From positions 224,001 through 288,000 of the forward strand of contig CAVWHO010000016.1 of NCBI GenBank assembly GCA_963754875.1: a stretch of DNA of 64,000 nt. Direction: 5' to 3'. Of this stretch, positions 19,756 through 32,153 are shown one piece after another; position 1 is the stretch's first letter, and each line of letters begins with the position of its first letter. Origin of the DNA: Nitrospirota bacterium. GTDB taxonomy: Bacteria; Nitrospirota; UBA9217. The position numbers and the translations under genes are program-made. Under the pieces are notes generated by a model. It was not told the origin of the DNA, did no database searches, and saw only the letters and a list, made by a program, of their open reading frames with translations.

Positions 19756-21261
19756 TTATCTGATCACATCAAAGCTCGCAGAACCTTCGGTCTTTCTGTC
19801 CAACTCGTCAAGCACCGTGTTCACCAGCATGGTCACGAGGTTCAAGGCGCCCTGGTATCCGATGATGGGCTGGCGGTGTAAATGGTGCCGGTCGAAAAGC
19901 GGAAACCCCATACGGACCAGCGGCGTTCCCGTGTCCTGAGTCAGAAACTTTGCATAGGAGTTGCCGATCAGGATGTCCACGGGATCGGTGAACAACAGCG
20001 AGCGAAGATGCCACATGTCCTTGCCGGCGTAGACCTTCCCGTTTGCGCCGAAAGGTGAGGATGCCAGCAGTTCATTCGCCTCTGCCTCGAAGTGCTTGTC
20101 GCCGTTCGTACAGACGACGTGCACCGGCTCGCCGCCCATCTCCATAATAAGGCTCATCATCCCAAGCAGGATGTCCGGGTCGCCGACCAGGGCGAACCGC
20201 TTGCCGTGGACGTAGGGATGAGAGTCCACCATGGCGTCCACAACTCTGCCGCGTTCCGCTTCCACCTCCGCTGGGATCTGCTTTCCCGTGAGCTTGGAGA
20301 GCTCTGCAAAGAACCCATCGGTGTTCCTGATGCCGATCGGAGAAAGAGTGAGCGTCTTCTGGCCCCACTCCTTCTGGATGTAATCCGTAGTCTTCGCGGT
20401 CGAATACTTCTGGAGCGCGACCGTGGCCAGTGCGTTCACCCCGTCCATGGCGTCGGGAATCGGGGTCCCGCCGGGGTAGAGTTTGTATTCGCCCGTGTTC
20501 GGTGAATCAAAGGTAGCGCTCACGTCCGCAAGCACCGTTGCCTCGATGCCCATCATGGCCATGAGCCGTTTGATCTCGTGGTAGTTCCCGGTATAGGTAT
20601 CGAAGCCCGGGACAATGTTGATCTTCCCGTTCGATTCACCCTTCTTGCCTGCCCAGAGCGCCTTCAGGATCCCTCTCATCATGTTGTCATAACCCACGAT
20701 ATGCGAACCCACAAAGCTCGGGGTGTTTGCGAAAGGGATGAGCAGGTCCTGGGGCACGACGCCCTTTTCCTTGGCCGTCTTGATGTAGGCGTTCAGGTCG
20801 TCGCCGATCACCTCTGCCATGCAGGTCGTTGAGACCGCGATCATCTTGGGTTTGTACAGAGTGTAGGCGTTTTCCAGGCCTTCGAGCATGTTGTTCAGAC
20901 CGCCGAATACCGCCGCATCCTCGGTCATGGACGTGGAGATCGCGGCAAAAGGCTCTTTGAAGTGACGGCTCAAATGGCTGCGGAAATATGCCACGCACCC
21001 CTGGGCGCCCTGCACGAACGGCATGGAGCCTTCAAAACCCGAAGCGCAGAACACCGCTCCGAGGGGCTGGCAGGCCTTTGCGGGATTGATCTTGATGTTC
21101 TCCCGTTTGAAATTGAGTTCCTTGTACTCCTCGGTCTTGGTCCAGTCGGCAATTTCCTGAACCTTCTCCGCGGGCCAGCAATTTTCGAATTCCTTTTTGC
21201 GCTCGAACTGTTCCTTATAGTCTTTCTGTTTGAACAGCTCGCTATGGTCTCTAATTTTCAT
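19756..21261 (-). CDS. nifK: Nitrogenase MoFe protein beta chain
   Basis: INPAKACQPLGA, QGAQGCVAYFR, TTCMAEVIGDDL, C-terminal FDVIR. Confidence 0.97.
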   Translation of the reverse strand: MKIRDHSELFKQKDYKEQFERKKEFENCWPAEKVQEIADWTKTEEYKELNFKRENIKINPAKACQPLGAVFCASGFEGSMPFVQGAQGCVAYFRSHLSRHFKEPFAAISTSMTEDAAVFGGLNNMLEGLENAYTLYKPKMIAVSTTCMAEVIGDDLNAYIKTAKEKGVVPQDLLIPFANTPSFVGSHIVGYDNMMRGILKALWAGKKGESNGKINIVPGFDTYTGNYHEIKRLMAMMGIEATVLADVSATFDSPNTGEYKLYPGGTPIPDAMDGVNALATVALQKYSTAKTTDYIQKEWGQKTLTLSPIGIRNTDGFFAELSKLTGKQIPAEVEAERGRVVDAMVDSHPYVHGKRFALVGDPDILLGMMSLIMEMGGEPVHVVCTNGDKHFEAEANELLASSPFGANGKVYAGKDMWHLRSLLFTDPVDILIGNSYAKFLTQDTGTPLVRMGFPLFDRHHLHRQPIIGYQGALNLVTMLVNTVLDELDRKTEGSASFDVIR

Positions 21262-21458
21262 GATGCCACCTCCAAACGTGAATTAACCACGGACATTGAT
21301 ACAACCAGTAAAACCTTTGACACTGAAGAGTCGGATGAAAGGCTATGAGTTACACGAATACGTCCTTGACTGATCCTGCCCCTTCATAGCTTTTGTCAGT
21401 GAAAATCCGTAGCAAAGAATTTGACTTTCTCAGTGCCTCCGCGCCTCCGTGGTAAATT

Positions 21459-22931
21459 TCATTTTTTCCGTCTTATTAAACTCCACGTCGGGCTGTTCAC
21501 GGTCATGTCCATGTCCCGGGCAAAAACCGGAAACCCGTCGAATCCGTGATAGGGTCCCGAGTAGTCCCAGGAATGCATCTGCCGGAACGGCACGCCGAGC
21601 TTGTGATAGGAATACTTCTCCTTGATGCCCGAGCCGACCATGTCAGGCTTCAGCCGCCGCGTGAACTCTTCCAGCTCGTACAAGGTCGCATCGTCCATGA
21701 TTACCGCGCCTTCCTTCATCTCGGGATAGGTGCGCTTATAATCGTCACTGTGGCCGAATTCATAACCGGAAGCCACCACTTCCATACCGAGGTCTTCATA
21801 AGCACCGATGGTGTGACGCGGACGGAGGCCGCCGACATAGAGCATCACTTTTTTACCTTCGAGCTTTGGCCGATATTGCGCGACGACCTTCTCCATGAGC
21901 GGCGCGTACTTGGCTATGACCGCCTCTGCGTTCTTCTGGATCTTCTCGTCGAACTTGGCAGCGATCTTTCTGATGCTGTCAAAGGTTTTCGTAGGGCCGA
22001 AGAAATTGAACTCCATCCAGGGGATATTGTAAGCCTCTTCCATGTGGCGGCAGATGTAGTTCATGGACCGGTAGCAGTGGATCAGGTTCAGCTTGGCCTT
22101 GGTCGCAATGCCGATCTCGTTGATCGTTGAGTCTCCCGTATACTGGGCGATAACGCGAAGCCCCATCTCTTCGAGTATCTTGCGCGAGGCCCAGGCGTCG
22201 CCGCCGATGTTGTAGTCGCCGATCAGGTTCACGTCATACGGCGTGGTTTTTTCGAGCGTGCCCTTACCGAGCACATAATCCTTGATAGTATCGTTCGCGA
22301 TGTGATGGCCCAGGGATTGGGACACGCCGCGAAAGCCTTCGCACCGTACCGGCACGATCGGGATGTTGATCTCCTTTGCCACGCGCTTCGAGACCGCTTC
22401 GATGTCGTCGCCGATCAGCCCCACCGGGCATTCGGACAGAATGCCGATACCGCGGCCGAGCGGGAAAAGCCCGTGCAATTCCTTGATCGCCAAATCGAGA
22501 CCCTTGTCGCCGCCATAAACGATATTCTTTTCCTGAAAATCCGTCGTAATGTGCATGGTGCCGAAAGCGTCGATCCCGGTCTGGCCGTTGTAGTAGTTCC
22601 GCCGAGACCACCAGGAGTACTGGCCGCAACCGATGGGACCGTGGCTGATCGTGATCTGGTCCTTCACCGGGCCCCAAACCACGCCCTTGGCTCCCGCGTA
22701 AGCGCAACCGCGCACGGTCATGACGCCGGGACGGGATTTGACGTTCGACTTCACCTGGCAGGTACTGCACTGTCCCGTCGGATCGTTGGCTGCAAGGTGC
22801 TTCGCCCGCTCCTTCTTCGATTTTTCCGGGTATGCATCCAGGACCTCTTCGATCATTTTTTGGGTGTCTTTGATCTTCGTGCTTACGGGTTTTGCATCCT
22901 TGCTTTCCTTCTCTTTCACTTCCGTGCTCAT
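21459..22931 (-). CDS. nifD: Nitrogenase MoFe protein alpha chain
   Basis: [51 protein letters not shown]. Confidence 0.97.
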   Translation of the reverse strand: MSTEVKEKESKDAKPVSTKIKDTQKMIEEVLDAYPEKSKKERAKHLAANDPTGQCSTCQVKSNVKSRPGVMTVRGCAYAGAKGVVWGPVKDQITISHGPIGCGQYSWWSRRNYYNGQTGIDAFGTMHITTDFQEKNIVYGGDKGLDLAIKELHGLFPLGRGIGILSECPVGLIGDDIEAVSKRVAKEINIPIVPVRCEGFRGVSQSLGHHIANDTIKDYVLGKGTLEKTTPYDVNLIGDYNIGGDAWASRKILEEMGLRVIAQYTGDSTINEIGIATKAKLNLIHCYRSMNYICRHMEEAYNIPWMEFNFFGPTKTFDSIRKIAAKFDEKIQKNAEAVIAKYAPLMEKVVAQYRPKLEGKKVMLYVGGLRPRHTIGAYEDLGMEVVASGYEFGHSDDYKRTYPEMKEGAVIMDDATLYELEEFTRRLKPDMVGSGIKEKYSYHKLGVPFRQMHSWDYSGPYHGFDGFPVFARDMDMTVNSPTWSLIRRKK

Positions 22932-23006
22932 AGCAATCTCCTTACGCCGAGCGATTCATGATTCAATCGTGCATCGTGAATCCTGTTTCGTGCATCTGTT
23001 CCGGTT

Positions 23007-23930
<924 letters not shown>

Positions 23931-23953
23931 TTAAGGGTCGATTCAAAAGCGAA

Positions 23954-23989
23954 TGCGTAAAGCAAGAGCAGGTGATAGGAAACTATACA
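23954..23989. promoter_or_regulatory. Tandem 17-bp upstream activator-like sites (nifH)
   Basis: TGCGTAAAGCAAGAGCA-gg-TGATAGGAAACTATACA, about 53 bp from the -24 element. Confidence 0.55.
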
Positions 23990-24157
23990 GAAAATGGCCT
24001 TGGCAAAAAAAAGATAATGCGTCTTTTGCTTTTCATCTCCGCTATTCTATGCTATATTGCAGCCGTTCAGGCTCACGATAAGACATGTGTATTTATAGAG
24101 TCGTCATAAAGAGCGGCAGTAGAGATAGCATTTCATAATGCTGAGGAAGGTAAAACG

Positions 24158-24625
24158 ATGAAGATGTCCGACATGATCAAAGATGCACTGGAAAGAAAAG
24201 GCTATCGGAATCTCAAAGATGCTTCGAAGATCCTGGGGATAAGCCCGGAGCTCGTGCGGGTAATCATCAATAAAGGGCATGTTCCCAAAGACAAAACGCT
24301 CAGGATCATAGCGACGAAACTGGGTCTGGACAAGTCGTCCTTGATCCTGGCCGCACATCAGGAAAAAGTGCCCCTCGAAGTGAGGGGTTTTTTCCTTTCA
24401 CCTACGGAATCGAAATTCCGGGAGGGCAAACGGATATATCCTCTCTCCCAGGAGCAATGCGACTACCTCGAAAGGGTCCTGACTACCGAAGAAGTACAGA
24501 TGATAAGAAAATATCGTCAGGTACCGAAGACGGCAAGACGCAGATCGTCGGCTATATCGATTTCATGTTTGCGTCCAAAAGAGAGAAGCGGCAATTACTG
24601 CTTCAGGACCGGGGTTACGCACTGA
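24158..24625 (+). CDS. XRE-like HTH transcriptional regulator (probable frameshift near 24525; C-terminus uncertain)
   Basis: LKDASKILGISPELVRVIINKGHVP...IATKLGLD; IRKYRQ joins EDGKTQIVGYIDFMF in another frame. Confidence 0.7.
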   Translation: MKMSDMIKDALERKGYRNLKDASKILGISPELVRVIINKGHVPKDKTLRIIATKLGLDKSSLILAAHQEKVPLEVRGFFLSPTESKFREGKRIYPLSQEQCDYLERVLTTEEVQMIRKYRQVPKTARRRSSAISISCLRPKERSGNYCFRTGVTH

Positions 24626-24774
24626 CGGTTGATCTTCCCCGGTCTCGCCACCGCAGTTCCATTCATCAAGTGAAACGACTGGAATTTTCTATTTCCAGTG
24701 TTCTTCCTGCTCCGTCACCTTCATCACGATCGTCTGCACTCCATCTGCTGTACAACGGTTCAAGGAAGGGTCTC

Positions 24775-26019
24775 GTGGAACAGAGAAGCAAACAGTGATC
24801 TCCGCCATATTTTAAGCCTGCCTGTTATTGTCGCCGCCCTCGGCTATTTTGTCGACATCTACGACTTGGTGCTTTTCAGTATCGTCCGCGTGCCGAGTCT
24901 GAAGTCCCTGGGGCTTTCCGGGCGGGAGTTGATCGACAACGGAGTGTTTCTCCTGAACATGCAGATGGCAGGCATGCTGATCGGCGGGATCCTCTGGGGG
25001 GTCCTTGGCGACAGGAAGGGACGACTCAAGATCATGTTCGGATCGATCTTCCTTTACTCAGTCGCCAACATTGCGAACGGTATGGCAACATCCCTGCCGG
25101 CCTATGCGGGTCTGCGCTTCATCGCCGGAGTCGGCCTCGCCGGAGAGCTTGGCGCGGGTATCACGCTCGTCTCGGAGGTCCTGCACACGCGGCATCCGGG
25201 GGTACGGCACTATGCTCGTGGCCTCTGTGGGCGTCACGGGCGCCATCCTCGCGAACATCATTGCAAACGCGTTCGACTGGCGAAATGCCTTCATCATCGG
25301 AGGCGTCCTCGGCCTCCTTTTGCTCATCGCCCGCATCAGCGTTGCCGAGTCGGGCATGTTCCGTGCCATGCAGGAAAAGACCGGCGTGACCCGCGGGAAC
25401 CTGATGGCCCTTTTCTCGGATCGAAGGCGTTTTTTCCGCTATCTTAACTCTATCCTGATCGGCGTCCCCATTTGGTTCGTCGTCGGCGTCCTGATCACTT
25501 TTTCGCCGGAATTCGCCAAGACGCTCGGGACGACCGGGCCAATCTCTGCCGGGAACGCAGTCATGTTCTGCTATCTGGGACTGGTCTTCGGCGATCTTTC
25601 GAGCGGCCTTCTGAGTCAGGCGCTGAAGAGCAGAAAAAAGGTCGTCCTCCTCTTCATGCTCCTGACCCTGGCGGCCGTCGGCCTCTACTTCAGGCAGGGG
25701 AGCCACGAGCCCGGGCTTCTTCTACGGCGTCTGTCTTGTGCTCGGTTTTACAAGCGGCTACTGGGCCATCTTCGTGACCGTCGCTGCCGAACAGTTCGGC
25801 ACGAACTTGCGCGCAACGGTCGCCACGACCGTCCCCAACTTCGTACGGGGAATGGTTGTTCCCATCACCCTGCTGTTTCAATTTCTTCGCGGGTACTTCG
25901 GACTCGAATACGGTGCATTGATGGTCGGTGCCCTCTGCGCCATCGCGGCGTTCTTTGCGCTTAATTCCCTGGAAGAAACATTCCATAAGAATCTGGACTA
26001 CTATGAAGAGTTCCCGTAA
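24775..26019 (+). CDS. MFS transporter (several frameshifts)
   Basis: ALGYFVDIYDL, GVLGDRKGRLK, RFIAGVGLAGELG, AAEQFGTNLRATV spread over three frames. Confidence 0.85.
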
Positions 26020-26176
26020 TGCCCGAGCAACGGCGTTGCAGGCCGCAACGGAACGGACATCATCCGTGGTTCTTGCAGACCCCTCCCGCATCTGACAAGT
26101 TAGGACAAGGAGTCGGGAGGGACCGACGGATGCACAGAGTCCGGTGATTAATCGTGTCTCAAATGAGACCAAACGA

Positions 26177-26545
26177 ATGAGCGAAAAGAAATACATATCG
26201 ATAGTATGCTTATTGCTGATTTGCAGTTGCAATAAGTCTCCTGCCAACCTCCCCCTCACAGACGACACTGTAAAGAACAACAAAATCATCAACGCTTTCA
26301 TTCCGAGCGGCACGCATGCGTCAAATGCAATAATAAAGATGGAACAAGAAAATTTCTCCTGTAAAATTTTGACAGATGAAAAAATTCGAAGCCCTAAAAA
26401 TACTAGAGCAAACAAGAATTCGAATGTAGATTTCGTGTGGTGCGAGCGAAAGACGGGAACGGTCTTTGCCAGGCGATGGCAGGTTATTATGAGTCTGGAT
26501 AGCGAAGATAAGGTCAGCAATATATCGGTTTCGACGGGTTTGTAG
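26177..26545 (+). CDS. Hypothetical lipoprotein
   Basis: Signal peptide with LICSC lipobox-like motif; AT-rich. Confidence 0.55.
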   Translation: MSEKKYISIVCLLLICSCNKSPANLPLTDDTVKNNKIINAFIPSGTHASNAIIKMEQENFSCKILTDEKIRSPKNTRANKNSNVDFVWCERKTGTVFARRWQVIMSLDSEDKVSNISVSTGL

Positions 26546-26647
26546 GTTCATGAGCAGTACTAGCCGCGCCTGAGATGACGGACTCGATTGCCTAGATCAG
26601 GTTGGATTCGTGCGACTATGTTTGAATTCCTGGGGGTATGAATAAAT

Positions 26648-27070
26648 ATGAGGAAAAGTGAAACGATGCTTAAATGGTTATTATTGGTCGGGGCCGTCTA
26701 TTTCCTGGCTATTGCGGTCGTGCATATGCTGAGGATCAAAATACCGCTATTGTTCGTATATTTCGATGTCCCCTCCTATGGATATCAAGACAGAATAATT
26801 TCTTTTCTATCGTTCGGCTGGTCGACTTTTTTGTTTATGGCGTCTCGTGACCCCATAAAGAACCGGGACGCGGTCAAGGCCATTCTTATCTCCGGCCTCG
26901 GCGCGATCTTTGGTCTGACCGTAATAAATAGCGTCACCGATTTTCGCGCATTGTCTCCGGATATTAATCCTTGGGTTTTCCGAATAGAGACTCTTGGACT
27001 GAGTGTATATGTGGCTGCCTTAATCTTTAGTTATTTTCTCTCAACTAATCAAAGCGCAAAAAGAAACTAA
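26648..27070 (+). CDS. Hypothetical four-TM membrane protein
   Basis: Four hydrophobic segments; VPSYGYQDRIISF. Confidence 0.7.
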   Translation: MRKSETMLKWLLLVGAVYFLAIAVVHMLRIKIPLLFVYFDVPSYGYQDRIISFLSFGWSTFLFMASRDPIKNRDAVKAILISGLGAIFGLTVINSVTDFRALSPDINPWVFRIETLGLSVYVAALIFSYFLSTNQSAKRN

Positions 27071-27417
27071 TATGGCCTGTATTCGTTATAGTTTAATTCT
27101 TTGCAACATAAAGTTTCTACCCGTTATTCAACGGCATCTACCCATAGAATTACCCACATGACATACCCAATCGACATTGTTGACATCGCCGTGAATCAGG
27201 CATATATTTGTCTGGAATACTGTGAAGGGGTGTGGCAAGTTCATTGTGATACGAGATAACCTCTGGCCCAGCCAATTTTACGGAGGACCATGATGATGCA
27301 GAAGAGCCACAACGTGGCAACGCCAGCTTCAAAGTTTTAAATTAAGATTTCTTTACAAGGAGGCGGTTTTCAACAAATATAAGACGAAGTAATAGCGCTA
27401 ATGTTCCACGAGGGGGT

Positions 27418-29160
27418 ATGGAGAACAAAACTATTAACGAGAGAACATTGTCGAATAAAGACGATAGCGCTCAGACGGCTGAGATTCTTACTATTGTTTT
27501 GAACAATATTACGCAAGGTATGGTCGTTGTTGGGCCAGACTATGCCGTGCTGGCATTCAACAAGCAGTTGGAGACACTTTTCGGATTGCCGCAGGGAACA
27601 GTCGAGACAGGCCGTGATTTCAGAAATATCCTCAAGGCATGGGCTGATGTGACGGGACAAACAGGGGATATCCTTGAACGGACTTTACGAGAACTTGACC
27701 TGCCCAATCCCTTTGAAATTGAGTTTCCGCAAATGATACAAGGGATTAATCGATGGTGCCTCCTGACCCATAACCCTTTGCCCTCGAAGGGATTTGTAAG
27801 GACATATACTGACATCACCGCGAGGAAAAAGGCGGATGAGCAGCACATGTATGATGCCTTCCACGATCCTTTGACGGGCCTCCCGAACCGGGCACTTTTC
27901 ATGGACCGGCTCCAACACGTCATCACCGCGTCGCAACGCCGGCAGGGCACTCCCAACTACGCGGTCTTTTTCCTCGACATGGACCGGTTTAAGATCATCA
28001 ACGACAGCCACGGTCATACCATCGGCGATCAACTCCTCGTCGTGGTCGGTCGCAAGCTGGCCGATTGCATCCGGCCCGGCGATACCATCGCGCGGCTGGG
28101 AGGTGATGAATTCGCCCTGCTCCTGCAGAACATCAACGACCCCGCTTATACGGTCAATGTCGCCGAACGGATCCGGGAAAAATTGGCTGTTCCGCTCGAT
28201 ATCAAAGGCCATAAAATATTTACCTCGATCAGCATCGGAATCGCGTTAGGCTCGGAAGGCTATGAACGGCCGGAACAGGTCCTGCGCGACGCGGACATCG
28301 CGATGTACGAAGCAAAAGGACGGGGAAATGCATCGTATGAGATCTTCGATATCAAGCTGCATGCCAATATCCTGGACCGGATGCAGCTGGTGGCAGATCT
28401 GCGGGGAGCAGTCGACAATAAGGAGCTTACGCTCTATTATCAGCCCATCATCGACCTGAAAACGCAACAGTTGACGGGATTTGAAGCACTCGTCCGCTGG
28501 AATCATCCGAAGCGGGGCCTCATCTACCCCATGGAGTTCATCCCTCTGGCAGAGGAGCATGGACTCATCTATCAGATCGGAGCATGGATTCTTCACGAAG
28601 CCTGCCGCGAGCTGAAATTGCTTCAGGTGCGGTACCCCGCGCAACCACCGCTCAATATGAGCATCAATATTTCAAGCAGGCAATTCTCGCAACAGGACCT
28701 TGTCGGCATCCTCTCCGGATTTTTGACAGAGACGGGCATTGATCCGCATACCCTGATATTGGAGATCACCGAAAGCATGATCATGGAGAACGTTGGCGCT
28801 GCCGTGGAGACAATGAACCGGCTGCGCAACATGGGGATACAGATCCATATTGATGATTTCGGCACCGGCCATTCTTCGCTGAGCTACCTGCAACTCTTTC
28901 CGGTCAGTGCGCTCAAGATCGACCGCAGTTTTATCAACAAACTTACGGCCAATGGTGACAATCAGGAAATCATCACACACATTGTTTCCCTGGCCAAGAG
29001 CCTGAATTTCGAGGTGATTGCCGAGGGAGTCGAAATGGAGCATCAATTAGCCAATATCAAGAACCTGCACTGCGGCTACGGCCAGGGTTTCCTCTTTGCC
29101 CGTCCCATGGCTTTTAATGCAATAGACGCATGGATGCAAAAGCAGAAGCGTCAAATGTAA
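27418..29160 (+). CDS. PAS-GGDEF-EAL diguanylate cyclase/phosphodiesterase
   Basis: HDPLTGLPNR, RLGGDEF, FEALVRW, IDDFGTGHSSL. Confidence 0.95.
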   Translation: MENKTINERTLSNKDDSAQTAEILTIVLNNITQGMVVVGPDYAVLAFNKQLETLFGLPQGTVETGRDFRNILKAWADVTGQTGDILERTLRELDLPNPFEIEFPQMIQGINRWCLLTHNPLPSKGFVRTYTDITARKKADEQHMYDAFHDPLTGLPNRALFMDRLQHVITASQRRQGTPNYAVFFLDMDRFKIINDSHGHTIGDQLLVVVGRKLADCIRPGDTIARLGGDEFALLLQNINDPAYTVNVAERIREKLAVPLDIKGHKIFTSISIGIALGSEGYERPEQVLRDADIAMYEAKGRGNASYEIFDIKLHANILDRMQLVADLRGAVDNKELTLYYQPIIDLKTQQLTGFEALVRWNHPKRGLIYPMEFIPLAEEHGLIYQIGAWILHEACRELKLLQVRYPAQPPLNMSINISSRQFSQQDLVGILSGFLTETGIDPHTLILEITESMIMENVGAAVETMNRLRNMGIQIHIDDFGTGHSSLSYLQLFPVSALKIDRSFINKLTANGDNQEIITHIVSLAKSLNFEVIAEGVEMEHQLANIKNLHCGYGQGFLFARPMAFNAIDAWMQKQKRQM

Positions 29161-29406
29161 GGCATCATTATTCGGGATCAGGTGTCTCCTGAGTGGATCC
29201 ATCCCGAACGAGGCAGGACCGTCACGAGGGGTGGGGTTCGTAATCACCCCTTTGAGGCCCCCTGTCAAATGCTTCAAGAACTTCTTCCCGGACCTTGCAC
29301 ATCTTACTCGCTGAACGGTGTGCACGTTTCATGTAAAACTCATAGTGGCAAAGTATCAGGCTGCAGCGTCAACTTGATCGCAGCGTGACGCTGCCGAGGC
29401 AAAATT

Positions 29407-30860
29407 TTACTCCTCTTCCGCCTCTTCTTCTCCTTCATCGGTAAACGGACCTTTGATCCCCAGCTCTTTAATCTTTTTCCTGAGTGTATTGCGGTTGATG
29501 CCGAGCAGATGCGCGGCACGGACCTGGTTGCCTTCGGTCTTGCGAAGCACGAGAGTGATGAGCGGCTTTTCCACGCGGTGGAGCACCATGGTGTAAATGT
29601 CTCCGCGTTCGAGTCCGCCCATGCGTTCCACAAGGTCGGCGAGCTTTTCTTCGAGGAAATTCTCGAAGGAGAGGTGCGCTCCCTGCCCCGGCTTGAAGAT
29701 CTGCGGCGGCAAAGCATCGGGGAAGATCTTATCTCCTTGCGACAGGGTGATAGCGCGTTGGACCGCGTTTTCGAGCTCCCGCACGTTGCCCGGCCAGTCA
29801 TAGGCGCGGAGGATCTTGAGCGTTTCCGGCGTCAGGATCTTTTTCTTCGCGTCGTTGCCCTGGTATTTCTGCATGAAGAACTCGGCGAGCGGCACGATAT
29901 CGTCCTTGCGTTTTCTGAGCGGCGGAATATTGAGCTGGATGACGTTCAGGCGGTAGAACAGGTCCTCGCGGAAACGCTTCTCGCGCACCATCTTCTCGAG
30001 GTTGTGATGGGTGGCGGCAAGCACGCGCACGTCGGTCTTGATCGATTCCGTTCCGCCGACCCGCTCGAACTCCCTTTCCTGCAGCACGCGCAAAAGCTTG
30101 CCCTGGAGCGGCAGGTCCATGTCCCCGATCTCGTCGAGGAACAAGGTCCCGCCGGCAGCGGCCTCGAACTTTGCCGATCTTGCGCCCGATCGCGCCGGTA
30201 AAGGCGCCCTTCTCGTGACCGAAGAGTTCGCTTTCGAGCAGCTCCGACGGGATGGCTGCGGAGTTTACTGCCACAAACGGCCGGCCCTGCGCGTTTGCTG
30301 TGATAGTGGATCGCGCGCGCAACAAGCTCTTTTCCGGTGCCGCTCTCGCCGTGGATCAGGACCGTAGCATCGCTTTCTGCGACGCGGCCGATGGTCTTGT
30401 AAATCTCCTGCATGGCGGCGGTGTTGCCGACGAGCCCGCCCTCGTACTTTTCCCGCACTTCGGCGCGGAGCACGTTTATTTCTTCGGACAGCCGCCTGAC
30501 GTCGATTGCCTTGCGCACGAGGATGTTGACTTCGTCGAGGTCGAAAGGTTTGGTGATGTAATCGAAGGCGCCTCGCCGCATCGCCTCGATGGCGTTCTGC
30601 ATCGTGGCCTGGGCAGTCATGATGATGACCGATGTGCCCCGGCCTTCGGATTGGATCTTGTCGAGCGCCTCAAACCCGCCCATCCCGGGCATGCGGATAT
30701 CCATGAGCACGATCGCAATGTCGTCTTCCTTGAGCCGGGCAAGCGCTTCGGTCCCGTCTTTGGCGAGCACCGTCTCGAGCCCCTCTTTTTCGAGCGACTT
30801 TTTGAGCACCCACCGGACGCTTTCGTCGTCATCGACTATGAGTATTTTTTCTTTGGCCAT
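29407..30860 (-). CDS. ntrC: NtrC-like sigma54-dependent response regulator (frameshifts near 30290 and 30170)
   Basis: REC (ILIVDDD, MDIRMP), [38 protein letters not shown], Fis HTH; symbol assigned from nitrogen-gene context. Confidence 0.82.
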
Positions 30861-30902
30861 GATAGTTAAATCGCCTTGTGCAAAGCGTCTTTACTCGATG
30901 CT

Positions 30903-32022
30903 CTAACCTGCCAGCGGCAGATACACGCTGAATGTCGTGCCTTCGTTCTCCTGGCTCTCCACGCGGATCGTACCCAGGTGCTCTTGCACGATCTGGTACG
31001 AGAGGGCCAGCCCCAACCCCACGCCCCGGTCCTTGGTCGTGAAGAAGGGCGTGAAAATGTCCTGCAAATGCTCCTGCTTTATGCCGGGGCCCGAGTCGCT
31101 CACCTTCACGACCATGAGCTGGTATTTCTTCCCATCGGACTGCACGGTCGTGAACAGGTCCGACATCCTCGTGACAACGGCAAGTTTCCCGCCCTTCGGC
31201 ATGGCCTCGATGGCGTTCTTGATGATGTTCAGGAATACCTGGATGAGCTGGTCCTCGCTGCCGTAGACATCAGGCAGGCTCGGGTCATAGATACGCGCGA
31301 GAACCACACCCCGCTGCCTTGCACTCTCCTCGTTCAAAAGAAGCACCCGGTCCAGGACGCTGTGAATGTTCGAGGCCTTCATTTCCCGGGGCTTGATCCG
31401 CGTAAAATCGAGGATCCCTTCGAGCACCTTATTCAAACGGTCCGATTCCTTCAGGATCACGTCAAGGTATTCTGTCAGGCTTTTGAGCGACCCCCCAGCG
31501 GCCGTGTTGCCGGACTGGAGTTCGGACTTCATGAGCTGCGCCGCGCCGCGGATGCCCACGAGCGGATTTTTTACTTCATGCGCGATGCCGGCTGCAATCA
31601 AACCGAGCGTGGCAAGACGGTCGGACCTCCGCATGCGCTCTTTGAGGTCCCGGACGCCCGTCTGGTCACGGATCGTAAGGATCACGCCGGTGGGGCGGCC
31701 TTCGTCGTCCGTCAGCATGCTCGTGACGATCCCCGACGGGATGGGGCGGCCCGTGCTTTACCACAATCTCCGCTTCGTAGTCCGAGTAGGATCTCCCGGA
31801 GGAGACGGTCTTCTCGATCTGGCTGACCACGGCCGGCGTATCGAATAAGACAGCCCGGATGTTCTTCCCGATGGCATCGGCCGCCGGGATTTCGGTCATC
31901 TCCTCGGCCGCGCGGTTCCAGATACGCACGCGTCCTTCAGCATCGGTAACAGCTACGCCATCGATGATTCCCGTAAGAATATCAGCGGTAATGTCTTGCA
32001 TGCGAGATGCAGGCGACTCCAT
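30903..32022 (-). CDS. ntrB: NtrB-like PAS histidine kinase (frameshift near 31735)
   Basis: PAS N-terminus, IAHEVKNPLVGIRGAAQL, YDPSLPD, NIIKNA, DSGPGI, GVGLGL. Confidence 0.82.
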
Positions 32023-32153
32023 GATTCATTGATAGCACAATATATTTGAGTATTCAAGAGAATTCATGGTATAGTGCGTCCGCACAGGCAGAGGGCCGAA
32101 GCAGAGGGTTTCCCCATGCTCCAAGCTCTCTGCTCCATGCCGTTGAAACTCCT

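Noticed and set aside
19756..22931. Alternative (V or Fe-only) nitrogenase
   Set aside because: No vnfG/anfG between D and [10 protein letters not shown] and the presence of nifEN/nifX indicate the Mo enzyme.
23940..24000. Canonical NifA UAS (TGT-N10-ACA)
   Set aside because: The sites present are 17-bp TG-N13-CA units, not the 16-bp NifA consensus.
26020..27100. Integron cassette array (AT-rich small ORFs with attC-like flanks)
   Set aside because: Could not identify proper RYYYAAC/GTTRRRY paired attC sites, and no integrase is present.
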